A stretch of 28,122 nt of DNA from the UHGV virus genome UHGV-1710763. One strand, given 5' to 3'. This document shows, piece after piece, positions 8,737 through 14,403 of this stretch. How positions within the stretch are numbered: position 1 is the stretch's first letter; each line of letters starts with the position of its first letter. The position numbers and the translations under genes are program-made. Under the pieces are notes generated by a model that was not told where the DNA came from, searched no databases, and worked only from the letters and a program-made list of their open reading frames with translations. Source of the stretch: a virus.

Positions 8737-8765
8737 TTGACAAAGTACTTGACAAGGTGTAGGCT
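8737..8765 (+). promoter_or_regulatory. candidate sigma70-like promoter (TTGACA with a weak -10) inside the conserved AAAAAGTTGTTGACA context
   Basis: TTGACA at 8737-8742; -10 candidate TAGGCT at 17-nt spacing is poor, with TATAAAT further downstream; same upstream context as the stronger promoters. Confidence 0.3.
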
Positions 8766-8818
8766 TATAAATACTTAGAAGATTACTTAAAAGGTTCCTC
8801 TAAAAAGGCTATTTAAAC

Positions 8819-8838
8819 AGATATCTTTCTGGATATCT
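8819..8838. promoter_or_regulatory. 7-bp inverted repeat AGATATC-N6-GATATCT (possible operator)
   Basis: Perfect palindrome arms read directly in the region between the divergent gene blocks. Confidence 0.3.
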
Positions 8839-8886
8839 ATCTTTTATCTTAAAAGCCTTTTAAGAGGTCTTATAAGAGGCATACCA

Positions 8887-9258
8887 ATGAAAAACAGAAC
8901 AAACAAAGGCCAGTTTAAAAAAGGCCAGTCTGGAAACCCATCTGGAAGACCCAAAGGCTCTCGTAACAAAAGTTCACTCGTAAAAGCTCAACTGACCATT
9001 GATAATTCTGCTGAGTTTGCTGCAAAGTTGTTTGAGGCGATTGTTACAAGGGACGCTGCTAAGCTTGCAGAGTTCGGGTTAAACACAGACGACGTAACCA
9101 TCAAGAGTATGATTGAGGTCGGTAAAACTATCATGACTCACTCAGCAGGTGAGATGAAAGCCATTGCAGCAGACACTAAGAAGACTCCTGATAATGGTGG
9201 TCAACAACAGACAGATAACAAACCAACGTTCTCTGCTGTAGCGACTCTTAAAAAATAA
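8887..9258 (+). CDS. hypothetical protein with N-terminal basic GNPSGRPKGSRNK motif (possible nucleic-acid binding)
   Basis: ORF-track ORF starting at an ATG; the motif resembles basic N-termini of phage DNA-binding proteins. Confidence 0.55.
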   Translation: MKNRTNKGQFKKGQSGNPSGRPKGSRNKSSLVKAQLTIDNSAEFAAKLFEAIVTRDAAKLAEFGLNTDDVTIKSMIEVGKTIMTHSAGEMKAIAADTKKTPDNGGQQQTDNKPTFSAVATLKK

Positions 9259-9270
9259 TTTTAAAAGGTG

Positions 9271-9300
9271 TTGACAGACTCTATAAAGTTGCTCTAAAGT
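9271..9300 (+). promoter_or_regulatory. sigma70-like promoter (TTGACA-18-TAAAGT) overlapped by a 9-bp inverted repeat
   Basis: TTGACA at 9271-9276; TAAAGT at 9295-9300; palindrome arms TGACAGACT (9272-9280) and AGTCTGTCA (9298-9306). Confidence 0.5.
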
Positions 9301-9339
9301 CTGTCACATCAAACAACAAATGAGAGAAGAGAGTAAAAT

Positions 9340-10755
9340 ATGAGCGAATTATTTAAACATGCGCACCTTCATGCAGGTCGAACTGAAAATGGTGCTGTAA
9401 ACCATACTTCATCAATGTCTGCTCTTGTAGACTTTTACAAAGCTGCTGGTTCAAGCCGTAGCAATGTAGAAATCTTACCAGACCTGTTCTACAAAGCTTT
9501 GCGTGAGGATGTTGATGTTGCAGTTCGTATTTTACTGCATATGCGAGATGTACGAGAAGGTATGGGTGAGCGTAAAGCCTTCAGAACTGTTTTGCTTCAA
9601 GCAATTGAAGATAAAGTTTTAGAGCCTACACAGGTTCTTCGCATTATGGATAAGATTGCAGAACTTGGTCGTTTTGATGACTTCAAAATCTTCGTAGGTA
9701 CTCGTTTCGAGACAGATGCCTTCAAACATTTAGAAGCAGCATTACTAGACCCTGCAACAGCAGGTTTGGCAGCTAAGTGGTTACCACGAGTAAAACCACG
9801 TCACAAACAGTTTGTAAAACGTTTCTGCAAGTTTGCAAACTTGAGTGAGAAGGAGTATCGCACACTGTTATCTGCACTGTCTGATACGGTTGAGCAAAAA
9901 ATCTCTGCTAATGAGTTTGGTAAGATTGACTACAGTAAGATTCCTTCACTTGCTGCTGCACGTTACCAAAAACTCTTTAACCGTAAAGATGGAGAACGCT
10001 ACAAAGCTTACATTGAGTCCTTATCAAAGGGCGAGACTAAGATTAATGCTGGTGCTGTTTATCCATACGATGTGATTAAATCTGTTAAGTATGGTAATGC
10101 AGATGTTGCTAATGAGCAGTGGAAAGCACTACCAAACTGGATGGCAGAGGGTGAAAACATTCTATGTATGTCTGATGTTTCAAGTTCAATGTCTTGGGTG
10201 AATTTTGGTTCAATTACTGCTCTTGATATTGGTGTTTCACTTGCATTGTATGTAGCAGAACGTAATACAGGTTGCTTTAAGAATGAGTTGATGGTTTATT
10301 CAACAAACCCTCACTTCATTGAACTGAGTGGTGATTTACGAAACCGTCATCGTCAGGTGATGCGACACGTTGAATATGGCTCAACTAACTTACAAGCAGC
10401 TTTTGACCGTATTCTTGAGACAGGTAAAAGAAACAACTTGACTCAGAAAGATATGCCAAGTAAGCTTATCATCTTCTCCGATATGGAGTTCAATCAGGTT
10501 GATGGAGCTAACGGTCGTACAAACTTTGAAGCAATTCAGAGTAAGTACAAAAAAGCTGGATATGAGATGCCACAACTGGTATTCTGGTACTTAGCAAACC
10601 GTAATGGCACTTGCGAAGTATCTGTTAAGGATAACGGTGTAGCAATGGTATCTGGTTTCTCTCCAGCCACTTTAAAAGCTTTGCTTGGTGGTGAGAAGTT
10701 TGACCCAATCAGCGTAATGCTCAAAGCAGTAATGATTGACCGTTATATCTGGTAA
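9340..10755 (+). CDS. Ro60/TROVE-like protein: alpha-helical N-terminal region plus C-terminal vWA domain with MIDAS motif (Rsr-like)
   Basis: MIDAS DxSxS in ILCMSDVSSSMSW; C-terminal IIFSDMEF; YPYDVIKSV segment; helical N-terminus. These parallel Ro60 segments as recalled from memory (HPFHILIAL, LLAVDVSASMN, VFIVFTDNE). Confidence 0.55.
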   Translation: MSELFKHAHLHAGRTENGAVNHTSSMSALVDFYKAAGSSRSNVEILPDLFYKALREDVDVAVRILLHMRDVREGMGERKAFRTVLLQAIEDKVLEPTQVLRIMDKIAELGRFDDFKIFVGTRFETDAFKHLEAALLDPATAGLAAKWLPRVKPRHKQFVKRFCKFANLSEKEYRTLLSALSDTVEQKISANEFGKIDYSKIPSLAAARYQKLFNRKDGERYKAYIESLSKGETKINAGAVYPYDVIKSVKYGNADVANEQWKALPNWMAEGENILCMSDVSSSMSWVNFGSITALDIGVSLALYVAERNTGCFKNELMVYSTNPHFIELSGDLRNRHRQVMRHVEYGSTNLQAAFDRILETGKRNNLTQKDMPSKLIIFSDMEFNQVDGANGRTNFEAIQSKYKKAGYEMPQLVFWYLANRNGTCEVSVKDNGVAMVSGFSPATLKALLGGEKFDPISVMLKAVMIDRYIW

Positions 10756-10765
10756 AAAGTTTTAA

Positions 10766-10802
10766 AAAGGGTATTGACAATGTGTTTGATACCCTTTAAT
10801 AT
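10766..10802 (+). promoter_or_regulatory. sigma70-like promoter (TTGACA-17-TAATAT) embedded in a 9-bp-stem hairpin just after the Ro60-like gene
   Basis: TTGACA 10774-10779, TAATAT 10797-10802; inverted repeat AAAGGGTAT (10766-10774) / ATACCCTTT (10789-10797). Confidence 0.55.
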
Positions 10803-10864
10803 TTTCTACATAGAAACGAAATGAGAGCTTTTCTAAGATACTGAAAAATATTTTAAAAAAGTTC

Positions 10865-10894
10865 TTGACAATCACTAAAAAATAATGTTAAAGT
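10865..10894 (+). promoter_or_regulatory. sigma70-like promoter ahead of the first tRNA
   Basis: TTGACA at 10865-10870; TAAAGT at 18-nt spacing; AAAAAAGTTCTTGACA upstream context. Confidence 0.45.
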
Positions 10895-10920
10895 GGTTAC
10901 ATAGAGTTTGAAAAGTTTAT

Positions 10921-10997
10921 CTCTGTTTAGCTCAGCTTGGTAGAGCGTTCCGTTTGGGGCGGTAAGGCCGGAGGTTCAAGTCCTCCAACAGAGACCA
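10921..10997 (+). tRNA. tRNA-Pro (anticodon TGG)
   Basis: Hand-folded cloverleaf: acceptor CTCTGTT / AACAGAG, D-arm GCTC..GAGC, anticodon loop TTTGGGG, T-arm GGAGG-TTCAAGT-CCTCC, encoded CCA. Confidence 0.7.
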
Positions 10998-11004
10998 AAT
11001 TAAT

Positions 11005-11082
11005 GTTCCAGTAGACAAAATGGTAAAGTCACCACTCTTTCAAAGTGGATATCTGAGGGTTCAAATCCCTTCTGGAACGCCA
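11005..11082 (+). tRNA. tRNA-Glu (anticodon TTC)
   Basis: Acceptor GTTCCAG / CTGGAAC; anticodon stem CCACT / AGTGG with loop CTTTCAA; T-loop TTCAAAT; CCA. Confidence 0.75.
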
Positions 11083-11173
11083 GTTTTGACAGAAGACCAA
11101 TTACAGCAAACTTAATCTTATTCATCTGAAGGTAAATCGGACAAAGAAGAGATTTGGTCTGGTCATTAAGAAT

Positions 11174-11250
11174 TGCGGGTATAGAGAAAGGGCGTCTCAC
11201 ATGTCTCATTAGCATGGTATCGGCAGGTTCGACTCCTGCACCCGCCTCCA
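11174..11250 (+). tRNA. tRNA with CAT anticodon (Met, fMet or Ile-lysidine; identity unresolved)
   Basis: Anticodon stem CATGT / GCATG with loop CTCATTA; T-arm GCAGG-TTCGACT-CCTGC; acceptor has a 1:72 mismatch; CCA. Confidence 0.65.
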
Positions 11251-11334
11251 AATTTACAGAAGACCGTTTACAGCAATACTTATTAAATTTTTAGCGGAAA
11301 AAATTGAAATATACGGTCTGGTAATACTAAACAT

Positions 11335-11411
11335 GGTTAGGAAGCACATAAGGTATGTGCGGTCGCCTGTTAAGCGAATGGCACAGGGTTCGAATCCCTG
11401 ACTAACCGCCA
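11335..11411 (+). tRNA. tRNA-Asn (anticodon GTT)
   Basis: Acceptor GGTTAGG / ACTAACC; D-arm GCAC..GTGC; loop CTGTTAA; T-arm CAGGG-TTCGAAT-CCCTG; CCA. Confidence 0.75.
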
Positions 11412-11480
11412 AATTTAGGAGAGAAGCAATTGCTCACCGATTTGTAAGGTGCAAGTCCTTAGCCTGAATAGAAATTAAAT

Positions 11481-11568
11481 GTGTCGTTATCCCGTAGATG
11501 GTAGCGGTGGGGACTGTAAATCCCTTGTCATTGAGACTCGGTAGGTTCGACTCCTACACGGCACACCA
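11481..11568 (+). tRNA. tRNA-Tyr (anticodon GTA), class II with long variable arm
   Basis: Acceptor GTGTCGT / ACGGCAC; anticodon stem GGGGA / TCCCT with loop CTGTAAA; ~15-nt variable arm; T-arm GTAGG-TTCGACT-CCTAC; CCA. Confidence 0.65.
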
Positions 11569-11573
11569 ATAAA

Positions 11574-11651
11574 GGTTATGTAGTTTAATTTGGTTAAAAT
11601 ACTCCCCTGTCACGGGAGATGATGAGGGTTCAAATCCCTTCGTAACCGCCA
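11574..11651 (+). tRNA. tRNA-Asp (anticodon GTC)
   Basis: Acceptor GGTTATG / CGTAACC; anticodon stem CTCCC / GGGAG with loop CTGTCAC; T-loop TTCAAAT; CCA. Confidence 0.75.
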
Positions 11652-11834
11652 ATTTTGAGAGGGCTATTTAGCCCCTCCCTTAAAGGGTTCTTACGAGTAT
11701 CCTTTAAAGGAGCAGAAGACCAAATACAGCAAGTTACTTAAAATTTCAAGCCAATTTAATTTTGAAAAATTTAAAACTTGGTCTGGCTCAACAAATTTAC
11801 AGAAGACCGTTTACAGCAAAACTTAAACAATCTA

Positions 11835-11907
11835 TTTCTCCGGTAAAGAAAAGGCGAAGGTTCGATTCCTTCACTCGGCAGATGTCGAGTTGGTGTAATG
11901 GTAGCAC
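11835..11907 (+). ncRNA. circularly permuted tRNA-like element (anticodon-like hairpin, T-arm, acceptor stem closed by an AGAT loop, D-arm); candidate Y-RNA-like tRNA mimic
   Basis: Order read directly: TTTCT-CCGGTAA-AGAAA, GAAGG-TTCGATT-CCTTC, ACTCGGC-AGAT-GTCGAGT (7 bp), TG, GTG-TAATGGTAG-CAC; no 5' acceptor partner upstream and no 3' half downstream. Confidence 0.35.
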
Positions 11908-11932
11908 TTAAGATGATAAACAACGGTCTGGT

Positions 11933-12076
11933 AATTATCTTTGTAGATAAGTTATTAAGCTTACCTGTGAGTATGCGACCACAAAGGGTGAAAGGGTAAA
12001 TTCTAGATTTAAACCTAACAAGGCACATCGCTACAGACCTTAAGCAAGTCTGGGTAGCTTATCTACAAAGATAATT
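11933..12076. repeat. perfect 18-19-bp inverted repeat flanking a ~106-bp segment (long hairpin, possible RNase III site or miniature element)
   Basis: ATTATCTTTGTAGATAAG at 11934-11951 is the exact reverse complement of CTTATCTACAAAGATAAT at 12058-12075. Confidence 0.6.
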
Positions 12077-12080
12077 TAAT

Positions 12081-12156
12081 GGAAGTGTAGCAGAATGGTG
12101 ATGCGGCAGACTTTTAATCTGACAGGCGATGGGTTCGAATCCCTCCACTTCTACCA
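12081..12156 (+). tRNA. tRNA-Lys (anticodon TTT)
   Basis: Acceptor GGAAGTG / CACTTCT; anticodon loop CTTTTAA; T-loop TTCGAAT; CCA; paralogue of the Lys(CTT) gene at 13309. Confidence 0.75.
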
Positions 12157-12161
12157 AAAAT

Positions 12162-12238
12162 GGTTCAGTCGCAGATAAGGTAATGCAAGGGTTTCATAAG
12201 CCCTATGAATGTGGGTTCGATTCCCACCTGAACCTCCA
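12162..12238 (+). tRNA. tRNA with CAT anticodon (second copy; Met / fMet / Ile2 unresolved)
   Basis: Acceptor GGTTCAG / CTGAACC perfect; anticodon stem AGGGT / GCCCT with loop TTCATAA; T-arm GTGGG-TTCGATT-CCCAC; CCA. Confidence 0.7.
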
Positions 12239-12239
12239 A

Positions 12240-12315
12240 GCTGGTATAGTTAAGAAGGTTATAACACTCCCCTGATAAGGGAACATCGGTGGTTCGATTC
12301 CACCTACCAGTACCA
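12240..12315 (+). tRNA. tRNA-Ile (anticodon GAT)
   Basis: D-arm GTTA..TAAC; anticodon loop CTGATAA; T-arm GGTGG-TTCGATT-CCACC; CCA. Confidence 0.7.
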
Positions 12316-12330
12316 ATTTCAATAAAGTTG

Positions 12331-12359
12331 TTGACATTGAGATGTGACTACTTTATAGT
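12331..12359 (+). promoter_or_regulatory. strong sigma70-like promoter inside the tRNA island (TTGACA-17-TATAGT)
   Basis: TTGACA 12331-12336, exactly 17-nt spacer, TATAGT 12354-12359, with the AATAAAGTTGTTGACA upstream context. Confidence 0.6.
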
Positions 12360-12562
12360 AACCTTAGTTTTCGTTGCGTAGCGTCTATTTTGCAAATTTA
12401 AAATAAATGCAAACGACAATGTTTTTCTGGCAGTAGCTTGATAGGCTAAACACCAGTGAGGTCTTCCAATCCCTCATCAAAGAATTTGGCGTACTAGCCC
12501 ACGGTATGATTAATAAGGTGGGCATCTTTAAGGGCTTTCTAAGAGAGTCTTTAAAGATTAAT

Positions 12563-12639
12563 GCACCCTTAGTTCAATTGGATAGAGCAACGGTCTTCTA
12601 AATCGTTAGTTACAGGTTCGAATCCTGTAGGGTGTACCA
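12563..12639 (+). tRNA. tRNA-Arg (anticodon TCT)
   Basis: Acceptor GCACCCT / AGGGTGT; D-arm GTTC..GAGC; anticodon stem ACGGT / ATCGT with loop CTTCTAA; T-arm ACAGG-TTCGAAT-CCTGT; CCA. Confidence 0.75.
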
Positions 12640-12780
12640 ATTAGTTAGCAGATTACTTAGACGACCTAAGCGGGTCTTCCTGTAGGGAGGTGGTCTGTAT
12701 CTCATGTTTTCCAGAACATGTAAATAATCTGAGAAGGGGCTTTACAGTGTTGAGATAATACGGTAAGCTTCGAATTATAG

Positions 12781-12867
12781 TATGGGACGATGTTAAGACT
12801 CTAAGGCATGAGCAACGGCTTCCAACACCGTTTCAAAGGGGTTCAACTCATCCGTCCCATGCCAAAG
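12781..12867 (+). ncRNA. unresolved tRNA-like structured element (11-bp terminal stem, 9-nt-loop hairpin with CTTCCAA, T-loop-like GGGGTTCAA, ends GCCA)
   Basis: TATGGGACGATG pairs with CATCCGTCCCATG; internal hairpin AACGG-CTTCCAACA-CCGTT; no canonical cloverleaf could be drawn. Confidence 0.3.
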
Positions 12868-12877
12868 TCTTATTAGG

Positions 12878-12965
12878 GGTAGGTAGCGGCTAATGGTAGC
12901 CAAACAGTCTTGAAAACTGTTGCCACTGTAGAGATACGGTGAGGGTTCGACTCCTTTACTTACCG
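12878..12965 (+). tRNA. tRNA-Ser (anticodon TGA), class II; CCA not encoded
   Basis: Acceptor GGTAGGT / ACTTACC; anticodon stem ACAGT / ACTGT perfect with loop CTTGAAA; long variable arm; T-loop TTCGACT. Confidence 0.6.
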
Positions 12966-13223
12966 CCTAATAAGATTTTACACCGTCCATGCTTGCTCGC
13001 ATTTTCGGTTTATCCCTCGTGTATTGTCGTACACACTGATAAAGCACCTAGTAGGTGTCACGGAGAAGAGATAATATCAAGCTCTCCAAAGGTTCTAGCC
13101 ACCGGATTAAACAAGACTATGCAAAGACCTTTTTAGGTCTTTTTAGAGGGCTTCTAAGGTTATTACAGCTTGTTGTGGAACCTTGTTGCTTAGGTTCTTA
13201 GAAGTTCTCTAAAAAGATTTAAT

Positions 13224-13301
13224 GGGAGATTGACGGTAATTGGTAAACCTACCATCCTTAGAAGTTGGTGTTTGAGGGTTCGAATCCCTTGTCTCCTACC
13301 A
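13224..13301 (+). tRNA. tRNA, anticodon provisionally TAG (Leu) on a class-I-length scaffold; identity uncertain
   Basis: Acceptor GGGAGAT / GTCTCCT (two G-U pairs); loop CTTAGAA between CCATC / GTTGG (one mismatch); T-arm GAGGG-TTCGAAT-CCCTT; CCA; D-arm irregular. Confidence 0.5.
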
Positions 13302-13308
13302 AATTAAT

Positions 13309-13384
13309 GCAGGTGTAGCAAAATGGTTATGCGGCTGACTCTTAATCAGTAAGACGATGGGTTCAATTCCCTCCACCTGTACCA
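13309..13384 (+). tRNA. tRNA-Lys (anticodon CTT)
   Basis: Acceptor GCAGGTG / CACCTGT; anticodon stem GCTGA / TCAGT with loop CTCTTAA; T-loop TTCAATT; CCA. Confidence 0.75.
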
Positions 13385-13391
13385 AACAATG

Positions 13392-13467
13392 GGGGTCATA
13401 GTTTATATGGTTAAAATTCGAGTTTTGCAAACTTGGGAACTGAGTTCAATTCTCAGTGACTCCACCA
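13392..13467 (+). tRNA. tRNA-Ala (anticodon TGC)
   Basis: Acceptor GGGGTCA / TGACTCC; anticodon stem CGAGT / ACTTG with loop TTTGCAA; T-arm CTGAG-TTCAATT-CTCAG; CCA. Confidence 0.75.
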
Positions 13468-13473
13468 ATTAGT

Positions 13474-13548
13474 GCATCCATAGTTTAAACGGGAAAATTA
13501 CAGTCTTCCAAACTGAGGTTGAGGGTTCGATTCCCTCTGGATGCTCCA
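13474..13548 (+). tRNA. tRNA-Gly (anticodon TCC)
   Basis: Acceptor GCATCCA / TGGATGC perfect; loop CTTCCAA; T-arm GAGGG-TTCGATT-CCCTC; CCA. Confidence 0.75.
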
Positions 13549-13562
13549 AATTAAGGTGTGAT

Positions 13563-13976
13563 ATGAAAATATGCAGTACTTGCAGAATACCAAAAGATGA
13601 AAGCTTATTCCATAAGAATAAGAACAAGAAAGACGGTCTTCAAAGTCAATGCAAAGATTGTGCAAGACTTCGTGATGCAAAGAGTTATCAAGCAAATGAT
13701 AAAAGGAAAGAGGCTATTAAAAGCACTCGTAACTTCAAGAGAGAGCATAACAAGACTCTAGCTAGAAGGTACAAAGCTTTATGCAAATGTCATATATGTG
13801 GTGAGAAAGAACCAGTTGCACTGGATTTACACCATACAGACCCTTCCCAGAAAGATTTGAATCCTGCATCACTTTATTCATACTCCACAAAAAGATTAAA
13901 AGATGAAATCAGAAAGTGCATTGTCTTGTGCGCTAACTGTCACAGAAAAGTACATGCTGGTATCATAAAAGTTTAA
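13563..13976 (+). CDS. HNH family endonuclease (free-standing homing-endonuclease-like gene)
   Basis: Cys pairs CKDC and CKCHIC plus an HNH core (LDLHHTD ... N ... CANCHRKVH) in the translation; sits between tRNA-Gly and tRNA-Thr. Confidence 0.7.
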   Translation: MKICSTCRIPKDESLFHKNKNKKDGLQSQCKDCARLRDAKSYQANDKRKEAIKSTRNFKREHNKTLARRYKALCKCHICGEKEPVALDLHHTDPSQKDLNPASLYSYSTKRLKDEIRKCIVLCANCHRKVHAGIIKV

Positions 13977-13977
13977 T

Positions 13978-14054
13978 GCTGCTTTCGTATAATTGGCTAT
14001 TACACATCCCTTGTAAGGATGGAAATGCAGGTTCGAGTCCTGTGAGCAGCACCA
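13978..14054 (+). tRNA. tRNA-Thr (anticodon TGT)
   Basis: Acceptor GCTGCTT / GAGCAGC; anticodon stem CATCC / GGATG perfect with loop CTTGTAA; T-loop TTCGAGT; CCA; starts 2 nt after the HNH stop codon. Confidence 0.8.
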
Positions 14055-14149
14055 ATTCAGAGGTCAAGTGAAAGACCGCTGGTGTCAACTGAAGACCGTA
14101 ACAAATTCCACGGAGTTGAGTTAGCGGCACAACTTCAGACCTCTTTCAT

Positions 14150-14224
14150 ACTCGCTTAGTTTATATGGTAAAACATCACCCTTACAAGATGAAGAGAAAG
14201 GTTCAAGCCCTTTAGTGAGTACCA
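14150..14224 (+). tRNA. tRNA-Val (anticodon TAC)
   Basis: Acceptor ACTCGCT / AGTGAGT; D-arm GTTT..AAAC; loop CTTACAA; T-arm AAAGG-TTCAAGC-CCTTT; CCA. Confidence 0.65.
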
Positions 14225-14225
14225 T

Positions 14226-14303
14226 GTTCCAGTATCCCAATTGGCAGAGGATGCAAGCTCAAACCTTGTACTAGTGACGGTTCGAATCCGTCTTGGAACA
14301 CCA
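14226..14303 (+). tRNA. tRNA with CAA anticodon (Leu-type) but only a 6-nt variable region
   Basis: Acceptor GTTCCAG / TTGGAAC; anticodon stem GCAAG / CTTGT with loop CTCAAAC; T-arm GACGG-TTCGAAT-CCGTC; A73; CCA. Confidence 0.6.
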
Positions 14304-14308
14304 ATTTT

Positions 14309-14384
14309 GCAGGATTAGTTCAAATGGATAGAGCAACAGTCTACGAAGCTGTTAATAGGGGTTCGAATCCCTTATCCTGCGCCA
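14309..14384 (+). tRNA. tRNA-Arg (anticodon ACG)
   Basis: Acceptor GCAGGAT / ATCCTGC perfect; D-arm GTTC..GAGC; anticodon stem ACAGT / GCTGT with loop CTACGAA; T-loop TTCGAAT; CCA. Confidence 0.8.
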
Positions 14385-14403
14385 ATTTAAAGAGGCTATT
14401 TAG

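Noticed and set aside
11000-11251. 83-aa minus-strand ORF in the tRNA island (similarly 11771..12028, 13498..13695, 15967..16242, and 16210..16437 on the plus strand)
   Set aside because: These overlap hand-folded tRNA genes on the plus strand; they are chance ORFs through structured RNA genes.
11658-11676. GGGCT-ATTT-AGCCC hairpin as an intrinsic terminator
   Set aside because: A stable hairpin but followed by TCCCTT rather than a U-run; probably a structural or processing hairpin. The same palindrome in inverse orientation at 583-598 is likewise not followed by a T-run.
11846-11880. tRNA 3' fragment as a phage attP core
   Set aside because: No integrase or recombinase gene is present in the window, and the fragment is followed immediately by its complementary 5' acceptor strand, which points to a permuted tRNA-like fold rather than an attachment site.
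11884-12080. Group I intron interrupting a tRNA that starts at 11884
   Set aside because: No 3' exon (anticodon 3' strand, T-arm, acceptor) follows before tRNA-Lys begins at 12081, and the inserted segment is only ~170 nt with none of the conserved intron core elements recognisable by eye.
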